Assembly (NCBI GenBank): GCA_943359525.1
Contig: CALRHV010000004.1
Coordinates: forward strand, 1 to 62,277
Length of the DNA stretch: 62,277 nt
Reading direction: 5' to 3'
DNA from: Candidatus Uhrbacteria bacterium
Lineage (GTDB): Bacteria; Patescibacteriota; Patescibacteriia; UBA9934
This document shows positions 47,438 through 57,251 of this stretch, piece by piece (position 1 is the stretch's first letter; every line of letters starts with the position of its first letter). Below the pieces are notes generated by a model, which worked only from the letters and a program-made list of their open reading frames with translations, was not told where the DNA came from and made no database searches. The position numbers and the translations under genes were made by a program.

Positions 47438-49078
47438 ATGGCCGAAACGCTTTATCGAAAATATCGTCCACAACGCTTTGCTGATGTTGCGGAACAGGAG
47501 CATGTTTTGCGGACGATCCAGCAACAGTTGGCAAAGAATACGGTTGCGCACGCATACCTCTTTTCTGGTCCACGGGGAACAGGAAAGACGACGATTGCGC
47601 GATTGCTAGCCAAAGCGTTGAACTGTGAGAACCGAAAGTCTGGGGAATCCGAACCATGCAACACGTGTTCGGCGTGTACCGATTTTGCATCTGGTCGATT
47701 CATGTCATGCATCGAGATTGATGCCGCGTCACAAACCGGTGTCGATAATGTTCGTGACAACATTATTGAGAACGCACGCTTTGCTCCAAGTAGAGGATCA
47801 TTCAAAGTGTTTATTCTCGACGAGGTGCACATGCTCTCCGGTTCATCATTTAATGCGCTCTTGAAAACGCTCGAAGAGCCACCGGCACATGCAATTTTTA
47901 TCCTCGCGACAACCGAACTTCACAAAATTCCTGCCACGATCGCGTCGCGTTGTCAGCGTTTCGAGTTCCATCGTGTACCACCAGTCGTGATGATGCCACG
48001 GCTCAAGAAGATCTCGGAAGCGGAAGGATTTGCTATCGACGACGACGTTCTTGCGCAGATTTCTCGCTTGAGCGAAGGGTGTTTGCGTGATGCGGAAAGC
48101 TTGCTCGGACAAGTGCTCGCACTCGGCGAAAAGAATGTCACGCTCGCCGTTGCATCGCTCGTGTTGCCAATGACGAATATCGCCGTCGTTACCGATGTCG
48201 TCGATGCTGTTGCGGCGAACGACGCACAGAAAGCGTTGAAGATTGTTGGAACATTTGTTGCTGACGGGGGATCGGTGAAACATCTCGTGGAAGAACTCCT
48301 CGAATACGTCCGTACGGTCATGTTCGCGGCATTCGGCGACACGACGATGGACGCATACGATGCAAAGACGATTGAGCGACTGAAAGCAGCAGGATCCATC
48401 TTCGGCGTTGCACGATCGCAAATGTTCCTCGATGCGTTGCTTTCCGCGCGAACACGATCGAGTTTACCGGCAATTCCGCAGATTCCACTCGAGATCGCAA
48501 TTTTGGATGCGTGTAGCGTGAAATCGATTACGGCACTGGAGCCACCGGCATCATCGATCCCGCATCCGATTCCAATAACCCCGGCGCCAGTTCAGCGATC
48601 GGTTGAACCCGCTCCAGTTCCTCGAGCGATTCCTGTGCTTCCTCCATCACGCGTGATCGAAGAGCCTGCGAATCCCGACGCTCCAATCCGTTACGATTTC
48701 TCGCCGATTCAGCAGATCGAATCGGTAATTGCCGATCAGCCGTCCGTATCATCGGAGACGCCAATCTTTGCGCTCGAGGAAATCGTAAATAAATGGGAAC
48801 GATGTATCGCGATCATCGCGGAAGACAACGTGGCGTTGCCGCTCGTGCTTCGCGGAGCAGTGCCGGTGAAGGTTGAAGGATCAGTGGTAACAATTTCTTG
48901 TGCGTATGCGTTTCATGCTGATGCGCTGAAAGAGTCAAAAGCAAGAACGTTGGTTGAAGATGCGATTGAAAAAGTATTGCAGAAACGTGTAACGATCACA
49001 TCGGTTCACGTTCCGTTGAAGGAAACAAGCGATGCGGTGACGGATTTTGTGAGCCAGCTCGGAGGAAGCTTGGCGTAA
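47438..49078 (+). CDS. dnaX: DNA polymerase III subunit gamma/tau
   Basis: LYRKYRPQ, GPRGTGKTT, EIDAAS, ILDEVHML, FNALLKTLEEPP, SRCQRF. Confidence 0.97.
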   Translation: MAETLYRKYRPQRFADVAEQEHVLRTIQQQLAKNTVAHAYLFSGPRGTGKTTIARLLAKALNCENRKSGESEPCNTCSACTDFASGRFMSCIEIDAASQTGVDNVRDNIIENARFAPSRGSFKVFILDEVHMLSGSSFNALLKTLEEPPAHAIFILATTELHKIPATIASRCQRFEFHRVPPVVMMPRLKKISEAEGFAIDDDVLAQISRLSEGCLRDAESLLGQVLALGEKNVTLAVASLVLPMTNIAVVTDVVDAVAANDAQKALKIVGTFVADGGSVKHLVEELLEYVRTVMFAAFGDTTMDAYDAKTIERLKAAGSIFGVARSQMFLDALLSARTRSSLPAIPQIPLEIAILDACSVKSITALEPPASSIPHPIPITPAPVQRSVEPAPVPRAIPVLPPSRVIEEPANPDAPIRYDFSPIQQIESVIADQPSVSSETPIFALEEIVNKWERCIAIIAEDNVALPLVLRGAVPVKVEGSVVTISCAYAFHADALKESKARTLVEDAIEKVLQKRVTITSVHVPLKETSDAVTDFVSQLGGSLA

Positions 49079-49088
49079 TATCTTGGTT

Positions 49089-49156
49089 CGTCATCCCCGC
49101 GTAGGCGGGGATCCATCACTCCGAACAATCTGGATCCCCGCCTACGCGGGGATGAC
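49089..49156. repeat. Inverted doublet of REP family A between convergent genes
   Basis: CGTCATCCCCGCGTAGGCGGGGATCCA ... TGGATCCCCGCCTACGCGGGGATGAC. Confidence 0.9.
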
Positions 49157-49166
49157 CGGAGTTCAG

Positions 49167-49535
49167 TTACGCGAAATGTTTTTGCGATGCGAAGTACACG
49201 CGCGCGCGATTCACGTCGTTCGCAACTTTTTTGCGCATGGCTTCTTCGCCGGTCCATGGAACAAGTTCCGAAAGTTTCGATCGAACATCAACACTGAGCC
49301 GTGTGCCGTAGAGGTCGCCGGTGAAATCGAAAAGATGCACTTCGAATTTGCCATGACGGTCCGCGTCGAAACAAATAAGGCATTCAAATTGTGTGTCGCC
49401 CCACATGGCATAGCCGGCATACACGCCCGGCGCCAAATCGGGCCGTTCAAGTAGCGAAATATTCGCCGTTGGAACGCCGTAGCCTTCCGCAGCAAATCCA
49501 TCGCCATGAATCACGTTTCCAGTAAGCATCGCCAT
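49167..49535 (-). CDS. Stand-alone riboflavin kinase (RibF C-terminal domain only)
   Basis: GNVIHGDG...YGVPTANI, PGVYAG, FEVHLFDFTGDLYG; no FAD-synthetase domain. Confidence 0.85.
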   Translation of the reverse strand: MAMLTGNVIHGDGFAAEGYGVPTANISLLERPDLAPGVYAGYAMWGDTQFECLICFDADRHGKFEVHLFDFTGDLYGTRLSVDVRSKLSELVPWTGEEAMRKKVANDVNRARVYFASQKHFA

Positions 49536-49561
49536 AGTCAAATCACTGTAGCACAAATTAT

Positions 49562-50821
49562 TTAGAATAGCCGATTCACGAGATCGTTCGCGTGTTCGGA
49601 GGCGAGGCCGACGGTGCTGAAGTTGAGGGATTCGCCGATATAATACGTGTGCTTTGAGCCTTGGATCGATTCGATGCGATCAAAGAGCCCGCCTTTCATC
49701 GCTTCCGATGACACGTGGGGGAAATACTTCCAGTGCGTGATGCTGTGGACGGTGCTTACAGTGCCGCCCATCTTTTTCACCAGATCGGTCATATGATCGG
49801 TGAGATCGGCGTCGGTCTGCCCTGTATCGGCCAACGCATAAAACGTGTACACCTTTGCATCGGCATGACGATGATGCCAGAACACCGGATGCCCAGCGCG
49901 ACGCGGAGTGAAATTGCTCGGAACATATCCGTCGCCGTCGAGAATTCCATTTATCGTGCAGGCGATGGTGACGTAATCGACGTATTGAATTTTCGAAAAG
50001 AGACTTTGTTCATCTTCGGTTGCATCGAGGTAGCGCAGAGCTTCATCGAGCGCCGATGCAATGATGAGCGTATCGAATTCTTCTGTTCCTCGTTCGGTCG
50101 TAACAGAAACCGATGTTGCCGATCGTTCAATGCGCGAGATTGTTGTATTCAATCGAACGATATGCGCCGCGGCAACTGCTGTCCACAAATGCTGAATGCC
50201 GTTGGGTAGCCGATACACCTTTCGTTGCATAAACGCTAAAAGCGTTGACCATCGATAATATTTCAGAACGTACGCTGCCGGAATGCGTTCGAAGTAGTCG
50301 TAACCGAAACCAGTAAAGAACAGCGCGAATTCTCGTGCGAGATGTTCAATGTGATGCGTTTTTGCGAATTCGGAGAATGGAATAGTGAGTGCAGCATCGG
50401 TATTCATGAGTCCCGGTTTTCCCGTGGCACGGAATTTCCAGGTGAGCGCTCGATACTTCAGTACTTCGCACATGAGCGTGATTGTTTCTCTTTCGGTACG
50501 CTTCGCTAATGCCTTTCCAGTTTCACCATTTACGTTTACGCTCCGTCCAAAGGGCAATCGCGTGAGTGGAACATCGAATTCCTTCGCCAGTTTGAGCACA
50601 ACGGAATTGTCTTCGGCGACGATGCCCGCTCCAAGCTCGTAGTCCCTCCCATCGATCTCCACAGTGCAGCATTTTCCGCCAACGCGATGTGCACGCTCGA
50701 AGATGGTGATATTGATATATCCCTTTGTCTTGAGCGCATGAGCTGCCGAAAGTCCGGCTGCACCTGCGCCAACGACGGCGATGCGCTTGCCTAGCCTTTG
50801 ATCGTTTTTTGAATGGTCCAT
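49562..50821 (-). CDS. FAD-dependent oxidoreductase resembling polyunsaturated fatty acid isomerase (PAI)
   Basis: RIAVVGAGAAGL...ITIFER..VGGKC...YELGA and C-terminal W.YFPHVSSE...IQG...TYYIGE, recalled as close to Cutibacterium acnes PAI. Confidence 0.7.
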   Translation of the reverse strand: MDHSKNDQRLGKRIAVVGAGAAGLSAAHALKTKGYINITIFERAHRVGGKCCTVEIDGRDYELGAGIVAEDNSVVLKLAKEFDVPLTRLPFGRSVNVNGETGKALAKRTERETITLMCEVLKYRALTWKFRATGKPGLMNTDAALTIPFSEFAKTHHIEHLAREFALFFTGFGYDYFERIPAAYVLKYYRWSTLLAFMQRKVYRLPNGIQHLWTAVAAAHIVRLNTTISRIERSATSVSVTTERGTEEFDTLIIASALDEALRYLDATEDEQSLFSKIQYVDYVTIACTINGILDGDGYVPSNFTPRRAGHPVFWHHRHADAKVYTFYALADTGQTDADLTDHMTDLVKKMGGTVSTVHSITHWKYFPHVSSEAMKGGLFDRIESIQGSKHTYYIGESLNFSTVGLASEHANDLVNRLF

Positions 50822-52395
50822 ATCACGTTCTTTTTGAGGATAGCAGATGCGCACAGAACGCCGCCCATCACGCCGCCAGAAATACTTGCGATCATTGCGT
50901 CCTGGCCGGTGAGGAAAAGATTTTTTACTGGTGTGTATGGTTTTAAGAACGTCTGGCGGAAGCGTTTTGGTGTGTGCGACGTGCCGTAGATTTCGCCAGA
51001 CGGATGGCCAACATAATGCTTTGCCGAGATTGGAGATGAAACTTCGTAATACTCCACCTTGCCACGAAGTTGTGGTGCAGCACGGAACAAGATGTCGAAC
51101 ATTTTTTCTGCAACGCGCGCTTTCATTGCTTCATAATCCTCGCCGCGTTTGTGTTTTTCTGTTCCTTGCCACTTTTTGAACCAATCAAACGGTGTGAGAA
51201 TGATCACTTCGGCAGTTGTGCGGCCTGGGTGCGTGGTTTGTGACAGTGGATCTTTTGCCGATGGGAACGATGCGAATGCCACAGGAAGCGGTGCGTCGAG
51301 CGACGCTGCAGCGTGCTGATTCGCAACGTGATCGTACACGTCGGGGAAGATCCAGTAGTTGCATTTTGGAAGCTCGAATGTTTCTTTGAATCCAACATAC
51401 AATCCCATGTGCGCCAATGACGGCGTGAGGTTCTTGAGCATGTCGTCCAGCTTGTGTTTGCGAATGATGTCTTGCGGCAACAATGATGAGAAAGTATTCA
51501 CTACGCCGGCATCGGAAATAATCCGTTTTCCGCGAAGTACCGTTCCGTCTGCCATGCGCACGCCGACCGCAGTGTTTCCTTCAACGACGATCTCGTTCAC
51601 GCGCGCAGAGAAAACGACTGCTCCTCCAGCTTGTTCGATCACTGGCACGGTCGTCTCCGCGAACCGCGGTGCGCCGCCAACCGGATATCCTGCGCCTTCC
51701 ATGTAGTGGTTCGCTAACACGGCGTGCATGTAGAAGCTGCTTTCCGACGGTTGTAATCCGTAGTCGCCGTACTGCGCCGTCAACACGCCGATGAGTTTCT
51801 CGTTCTTCGTGATCGCTTTGAGCGCTTCAAGCGTGGTCTGATCAGAATATTTCAACGTGCCTTCGCGCATCAGTCCGCCGAAGAATTTTGCAAGGAATGG
51901 CGGAAGAACTTTTTCGGCATAGTACATGGTGCCGAGCGCATCGACATCGGAGAGAAGCTTGAAATATGCATCGATCGATGCGCGGTCTTCTGTGGTAGGG
52001 AAGTATTCTTTGAGCGCGCTCATTAAGTTCTTTCGACCGCGAGGAAACACGTATTCCTTATCCCCGAAGATTGCTCTATCATAAATATCATCGAGCGGTG
52101 CCCATTCCAGTTGTTCCTTTGTGAGGTATCGAAAGACTTTGTTGAGCAATGTGCCTTTGATGTGCACTTGGCCAACGTAGTGCAATCCCACGTCCCATAT
52201 ATAGCCCTTTCGCTGAAACGCATGAGTGTAGCCGCCGATGACGAAGTGTTGCTCGAGGACGAGGACGCGTTGCCCAGCTTGCGACAAAATCGACGCCACG
52301 CTCAGCCCACCCGTTCCAGACCCAATAACAATGGCGTCATATACGCCTTTACTCGCTTCCTGCTTCCGAAACGTGAGATAGGAAAGCCCAGGCAT
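50791..52395 (-). CDS. Phytoene desaturase/all-trans-retinol 13,14-reductase (RetSat)-like flavoprotein
   Basis: YDAIVIGSGTGG, VLEQH..GGYTHAF, WDVGLHYVG, YPVGG, FPSAKDP, NLFLTGQD. Confidence 0.8.
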   Translation of the reverse strand: MPGLSYLTFRKQEASKGVYDAIVIGSGTGGLSVASILSQAGQRVLVLEQHFVIGGYTHAFQRKGYIWDVGLHYVGQVHIKGTLLNKVFRYLTKEQLEWAPLDDIYDRAIFGDKEYVFPRGRKNLMSALKEYFPTTEDRASIDAYFKLLSDVDALGTMYYAEKVLPPFLAKFFGGLMREGTLKYSDQTTLEALKAITKNEKLIGVLTAQYGDYGLQPSESSFYMHAVLANHYMEGAGYPVGGAPRFAETTVPVIEQAGGAVVFSARVNEIVVEGNTAVGVRMADGTVLRGKRIISDAGVVNTFSSLLPQDIIRKHKLDDMLKNLTPSLAHMGLYVGFKETFELPKCNYWIFPDVYDHVANQHAAASLDAPLPVAFASFPSAKDPLSQTTHPGRTTAEVIILTPFDWFKKWQGTEKHKRGEDYEAMKARVAEKMFDILFRAAPQLRGKVEYYEVSSPISAKHYVGHPSGEIYGTSHTPKRFRQTFLKPYTPVKNLFLTGQDAMIASISGGVMGGVLCASAILKKNVIWTIQKTIKG

Positions 52396-52509
52396 GAAAG
52401 GGGGTTAAGGAATGATTTGGGAGAAGTCTAGCATATTTGGGGGAAAAAGTGGGCTTTCTGAGATGTATGGCGATTCGCGTGTGGCGAGCGAGCTCGCCGC
52501 GCGAACCGC

Positions 52510-52611
52510 ATCCATGTCTCGTGCGCCGCGATGCGGCTGGCCAGCTTGCGCTGGCGAACCACAAAAAGACAACCCAGGTGGGTTGTCTTTTTGTGGTTCC
52601 GAGACATGGAT
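52510..52611. repeat. Long inverted repeat/terminator incorporating the tRNA-Gln 3' end
   Basis: Arms 52556-52575/52580-52599 (20 bp perfect) and 52510-52521/52600-52611 (12 bp), with a 34-nt insert in one arm. Confidence 0.75.
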
Positions 52612-52667
52612 TCGAACCATGATTAAGAGATTCAGAGTCTCTCGTCCTGCCGTTAGACGATCTCGGA
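52594..52667 (-). tRNA. tRNA-Gln (CTG)
   Basis: TCCGAGA/TCTCGGA acceptor, anticodon arm AGAGA-CTCTGAA-TCTCT, GTTCGAATC, encoded CCA. Confidence 0.95.
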
Positions 52668-52747
52668 TTAATTGTTGCAACGCCGGGAATATACCTATTT
52701 TGGGACGCTTCGTCAATTGGTTGCGCGCTACTTCTTTTTGGCTTTTT

Positions 52748-53134
52748 TCAGTTTTTTGTATATGCATCACAATCCACCGCATCAAACACCGTTCCGGCAA
52801 GAAGGCTTCCTTCTGGCCACGTCAATTTTTCGTCGTCAAAGGCAAGTGTTGTGCCGTCTACCAGTACAACAGCATTCTTTTCCAACGTTCCGGGGCCAGT
52901 TGATGGTGGTACGATGTCTTTTCCGTTTTGTTGTTCAAGAATGGTGATAGACGCATTCGGCGATCCATCCTCGATAACGACATATGTGCGTACATCTCCC
53001 TCTTCTAAAACAAAGCAGAGTTTCGTTTGAAACGCATCACGAGGCCATTGGAAGGCGATGAGGAAGAAGATGATGAACATTCCGATTGCACTGAGTATTC
53101 CGTAGAGAACGCGATGTGATTGCATATTAAACAT
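52748..53134 (-). CDS. Hypothetical membrane-anchored protein
   Basis: N-terminal TM, two Cys; directly follows rimK. Confidence 0.55.
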   Translation of the reverse strand: MFNMQSHRVLYGILSAIGMFIIFFLIAFQWPRDAFQTKLCFVLEEGDVRTYVVIEDGSPNASITILEQQNGKDIVPPSTGPGTLEKNAVVLVDGTTLAFDDEKLTWPEGSLLAGTVFDAVDCDAYTKN

Positions 53135-53135
53135 T

Positions 53136-54077
53136 TTACTCCTTCATTGCCTTCTTCTTCAATCCAACACCGCGGTTTCCATGGCGCTCCACGCGACGCT
53201 CCAAGAAATCCACCACTTTGCCGGCAACGTTGATGCCGGTTGCTTTGCTGATGCCTTCCAGCCCTGGGTTGCTGTTGACTTCGATAATTTTTGGTCCAGA
53301 TTTCGTACGCAAGATATCAACGCCGGCAATATCGAGGCCAAGGATGAGGGTGGCCTTGATCGCGAGCCTCTTTTCCTCATCGGAGAGATCAACTGGCCCA
53401 ACACTTCCGCCTTTATGAAAGTTTGCACGGAACTCGCCAGCCTTCGCCGAACGCTCCATTGACGCTAACACTCGCTTGCCGGCCACGAACACGCGAATAT
53501 CTTTTCCTTGCGCCTCTTCAATATACTCCTGCAACTTTACCGGACCGTGTTCTTTCTTGGTGAGGTAATCGACGATTGGAGAGAGCGATCGCATCGACTC
53601 GGCGATGAACACACCGGTGCCGTGCGTGCCGTAAATCGTTTTGACAATAACTGGAAAGGTGAATTCTTCAGCCGCGACTTTCAAAAGCGACGCATCGCCT
53701 ACCACGTGGGTTCGTGGAACGGGAAGACCGAAGTGGTTGAGCATTTGCAACGTACGAATTTTATTCTTTGCGCGAAACACGCCAATGTACGTGTTGATGA
53801 CGTAAAAGTTCGCCAACTGGAATTGTTTAATGATGGACGCGTTCACGCTAGGATCCGCGGTGAATCCTGGCCGAACCAAGATGACGTCGAAATCCTCGGG
53901 ATTCAGTACTTCTCCCTTGTATGTGAGCGTCTTGCCGTTGCCGAAGACAAGGCCGACATTATGCGCATACAACATTTTCACGCTGTGCCCGCGGCCCTTT
54001 GCTTCGTCGACGATGCTTTTCGTTCCAACAGCGATTTGTTCCTTTCCTGCCACGAAACTGAGAATTCCGATCCTCAT
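53136..54077 (-). CDS. rimK: RimK family ATP-grasp alpha-L-glutamate ligase
   Basis: AKNKIRTLQML, PVIVKTIYGTHGTGV, QEYIEEAQGKDIRVFV, FRANFHKGG, GVDILR, EVNSNPG. Confidence 0.88.
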   Translation of the reverse strand: MRIGILSFVAGKEQIAVGTKSIVDEAKGRGHSVKMLYAHNVGLVFGNGKTLTYKGEVLNPEDFDVILVRPGFTADPSVNASIIKQFQLANFYVINTYIGVFRAKNKIRTLQMLNHFGLPVPRTHVVGDASLLKVAAEEFTFPVIVKTIYGTHGTGVFIAESMRSLSPIVDYLTKKEHGPVKLQEYIEEAQGKDIRVFVAGKRVLASMERSAKAGEFRANFHKGGSVGPVDLSDEEKRLAIKATLILGLDIAGVDILRTKSGPKIIEVNSNPGLEGISKATGINVAGKVVDFLERRVERHGNRGVGLKKKAMKE

Positions 54078-54098
54078 ATCTATGATGCAACCTGAGTA

Positions 54099-55070
54099 TT
54101 AAAGGGTAACCAGTATTTCGTCGAGCACCGCTTCAATCTCCTCGCGTGTTTTCACCGTCATCATCTTTTCGCGGTGCGATTTTACGTGAGGCAAACCTTT
54201 GAAATACCAGGACATGTGCTTGCGGAATGTGGTTACCGATTCTGGTCCGTACTGCTCAAGATGTAATGCAAGATGCATTTTTACGACACGAATACGTTCC
54301 TTGAGTGTGACTGGTTCGGGTGTTTTCCCTGCAGCAATTTCCTTGAACTGTTTAAAAATCCACGGATTGCCTAGCGCGCCGCGAGCAATGAGTACGCCGT
54401 CGCAACTGGAAATATCGATTGCCGTTTGAATGAGTTCTGCTTTGTGTACGTCGCCATTACATAATACCGGAATTGAAACGGCCTGTTTTACTTTACCCAC
54501 CGCTTCCCAGTCCGCAACACCAGAGTATCCTTGCATTCGCGTTCGGCCGTGAACGGTGAGGAGATCTACTCCTGCGTCCTCGAGCACCTTCGCAAAGGTT
54601 ATTGCGTCTGTTGGATCAGACCAGCCCAATCGAATCTTTACCGATATCGGCACCGATGTGACCGATCGCATTGCCTTAACAATCGCCGCGGCACGTTCTG
54701 GTTCCTTCATGAGCGCGGCGCCATTGAAGTTGCTCACAATCTTGTACACCGGGCAACCCATGTTCACGTCGAAACCTTCGGGATGATGTTCGGCCTCGAT
54801 GATACGCGTCGCTTCAGCCATCGTTGCGGGATCGCTTCCAAAGAGTTGCTGTACGAGTGGCCGCTCGTCGTCGTGAATCGCGGCCATGCCGAGCGTTTTG
54901 TCGTTTCCACGAATCACCGCCTCAGACGACACCATTTCGCGGAACATGATGAGCGGAGTCTCGCCGGTGACCGCCTTCACCACACGGCAAAACGCACTGT
55001 CGGTCATGTCCGCCATGGGGGAGAGGGCGACGATAGGTCGCGGAAGGGTTTTCCAATCGAGGATAGCCAT
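54099..55070 (-). CDS. dusB: tRNA-dihydrouridine synthase (DusB-like)
   Basis: LSPMADMTD, QLFGSDP, DVNMGCP, VKIRLG, LTVHGRT, NGDV, IARGALGNPW. Confidence 0.93.
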   Translation of the reverse strand: MAILDWKTLPRPIVALSPMADMTDSAFCRVVKAVTGETPLIMFREMVSSEAVIRGNDKTLGMAAIHDDERPLVQQLFGSDPATMAEATRIIEAEHHPEGFDVNMGCPVYKIVSNFNGAALMKEPERAAAIVKAMRSVTSVPISVKIRLGWSDPTDAITFAKVLEDAGVDLLTVHGRTRMQGYSGVADWEAVGKVKQAVSIPVLCNGDVHKAELIQTAIDISSCDGVLIARGALGNPWIFKQFKEIAAGKTPEPVTLKERIRVVKMHLALHLEQYGPESVTTFRKHMSWYFKGLPHVKSHREKMMTVKTREEIEAVLDEILVTL

Positions 55071-55103
55071 AGAAGAACCTCTAGTATGCTACAATCCGGA
55101 CAT

Positions 55104-55328
55104 ATGACGCAAATGATTGAGTTTAATGAAGAAGAGCTTTTCGAGACAATCGTTGAGGAAGGGCATGTACAAGGGATTGCCGACGAAGCAGCGTATTTTG
55201 ATCTTATCGATGAAACCATCGAAGATTTGCGCAGTGTCGCAGAATTGAACGACGATCAGAATCTTGATAGTCATGCCGAGCACCTGAAGGCGCGGTTCCG
55301 GGAATACATGGATCGGCAAGCAGAATAG
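55104..55328 (+). CDS. Small acidic hypothetical protein
   Basis: MTQMIEFNEE...; TGCTACAAT 8 nt upstream; abuts the next gene. Confidence 0.55.
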   Translation: MTQMIEFNEEELFETIVEEGHVQGIADEAAYFDLIDETIEDLRSVAELNDDQNLDSHAEHLKARFREYMDRQAE

Positions 55329-55333
55329 TGATT

Positions 55334-56695
55334 ATGCGCCTCACCTTTTACGGTGCCGTGGAAAGCGTGACTGGATCATGTTTTTTGCTGGAAACGCCAA
55401 AGGGGAAGCTCCTTATTGATTGCGGGATGCATCAGGGTGAGCGCATGTGTTCGAAGGTGAATCTCGAACCGTTCGGATTTCAACCGGAGCATATTGACGC
55501 CGTGGTCGTCACACATGCACATTTCGATCATACCGGTCGCTTGCCAGATCTCGTGAAGCAAGGCTACAAGGGAAAGATTTTCATGACGCCGCCGACTAAG
55601 GCGTTGATGCAGCTTGTTCTTGAGGACTCCGTGCACATCATGGCGGAGAACGCCAAGAAGTGCGGGGATCCGGTGGTGTATGAGAAGGCGGATCTTCATG
55701 CGATGCTCGAGCAGGTTGTGACCGTTCCGTATCATCACATTACATCGCCACTCGAGGGAGTGAGCGTGGAGTTTTTTGACGCCGGACATATTCTTGGATC
55801 GTCGTTCATTCGTGTGGTGGTAGACGACACTGGCGAATCAAAAACGCTTATCTTCAGCGGTGACGTGGGAAATGACGACGTACCGATTTTGCCGGATACA
55901 GAGATCCGACCTGAAGCGGATTACGTAATCTGTGAATCAACGTACGGCGCGAAAGATCATGAAAAATCTGCAGTGCGTGAACCGATGCTTGCGGATTTTG
56001 TAAAAAAGGTTATTGGACGAGGAGGGACGTTGATGATCCCGGCGTTTTCAATTGAGCGTACACAGGAATTGTTGTTCGCGCTCGATCAGCTGCTCCAGCG
56101 CGGTGAGATCCCATCGATCCCAATGTACCTTGATAGCCCACTCGCGATTCGTGCCACGGAGCTTTATCGTTTCTTTAGCGAGTATCTTTCCTTCGAGCAT
56201 CCTGCTGCGCCAGGGAAGGATGGCGACTGGTTCCGATTCCCGTCGCTTACTGAAACACTCACCCCAGATGCTTCGAAAATAATCAACGATGATAAGCGTC
56301 CAAAAGTCATCATCGCCGGCAACGGCATGATGACTGGTGGCAGAATATTGCATCACATGGCGCGCTACATCGACGACGCGAAATCCGGCCTGCTCATCAT
56401 TGGCTATCAAGCCGACCATACACTCGGTCGAAAAATTCAGAACGGTGCAACTGACATCAATATTTACGGAGAAAAACACTCGGTTCGCGCCGAGTTACTC
56501 ACGATCGACGCTTTCTCGGCACATGGCGACCAAAAGAAACTTACGACGTTTGTTCGTGGAAACGGTGTGCCACCAAAGCGGGTATTCTTGGTGCACGGCG
56601 AGGGGCCAATTAAAGATACATTCGCAACGCACCTTCGTGCTTCACTTGGCGTTGAAGTTGAGGTTCCTCATGTGATGCAAACGTATGAGCTTTAA
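55334..56695 (+). CDS. MBL-fold/beta-CASP ribonuclease (Ysh1/Cft2-like)
   Basis: IDCGMHQG, THAHFDHTG, AGHILGS, SGDVG, ESTYG, FSIERTQE, FSAHGD, VHGE. Confidence 0.92.
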   Translation: MRLTFYGAVESVTGSCFLLETPKGKLLIDCGMHQGERMCSKVNLEPFGFQPEHIDAVVVTHAHFDHTGRLPDLVKQGYKGKIFMTPPTKALMQLVLEDSVHIMAENAKKCGDPVVYEKADLHAMLEQVVTVPYHHITSPLEGVSVEFFDAGHILGSSFIRVVVDDTGESKTLIFSGDVGNDDVPILPDTEIRPEADYVICESTYGAKDHEKSAVREPMLADFVKKVIGRGGTLMIPAFSIERTQELLFALDQLLQRGEIPSIPMYLDSPLAIRATELYRFFSEYLSFEHPAAPGKDGDWFRFPSLTETLTPDASKIINDDKRPKVIIAGNGMMTGGRILHHMARYIDDAKSGLLIIGYQADHTLGRKIQNGATDINIYGEKHSVRAELLTIDAFSAHGDQKKLTTFVRGNGVPPKRVFLVHGEGPIKDTFATHLRASLGVEVEVPHVMQTYEL

Positions 56696-57251
56696 AGCGA
56701 TCATCGCAAATAAAACTTTTGTTCTCGCCGGGATGGTGATTGTACTTTCGGCGGTGTTGGTTATTGGCAGACACTTTGATGCGAGCTGGGCTGGGGGAGA
56801 AGGGTATCGTGCACGATCGGAGATTGTTGTGGTTGAACAGACCGATCCATCATCTGACATCGGATGTGAGGAGGTCGATGCATCGAGGAAAAATATATTG
56901 TCGTGTGGATCGATGATGAAGATTGCTTTTGGCTCGTCGATCATTTGGATGGACGCAAAGACATCACTCGTCGTGATCAATGATCGTGAGGGAAAAGAAG
57001 AGCTCGCGTTGTATGGTGGTCGAATCGTTGTCGATGGTCCGGTTGTTGTCGATGTTCGAGATCAGCAGTTTTCGGCATCGGAACCGATGAGTATTGTGAA
57101 TTATGGTTGGTTGTATCGCGTTGATGTGTTATTGATGGAGCAAGATACTGCGAAGAGTTTTGACACGTTGCCGCCGTATGACGAACCAAAAGACATCGAA
57201 TTCAGCACGCAAAGCGAAAGCGTCAAAGACTTCTACGACTGGGCGCATTGA
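56685..57251 (+). CDS. Hypothetical membrane-anchored protein (possible FecR-like beta domain)
   Basis: N-terminal TM followed by beta-strand-rich sequence. Confidence 0.5.
   Translation: MSFKAIIANKTFVLAGMVIVLSAVLVIGRHFDASWAGGEGYRARSEIVVVEQTDPSSDIGCEEVDASRKNILSCGSMMKIAFGSSIIWMDAKTSLVVINDREGKEELALYGGRIVVDGPVVVDVRDQQFSASEPMSIVNYGWLYRVDVLLMEQDTAKSFDTLPPYDEPKDIEFSTQSESVKDFYDWAH

Noticed and set aside
49083-49454. 123-aa + strand ORF beginning VRHPRVGGDP...WIPAYAGMT
   Set aside because: REP-derived start and antisense to the riboflavin kinase gene; a shadow ORF.
52412-52903. ORFs of 131-163 aa overlapping tRNA-Gln
   Set aside because: They span a clear tRNA and terminator and have no protein motifs.
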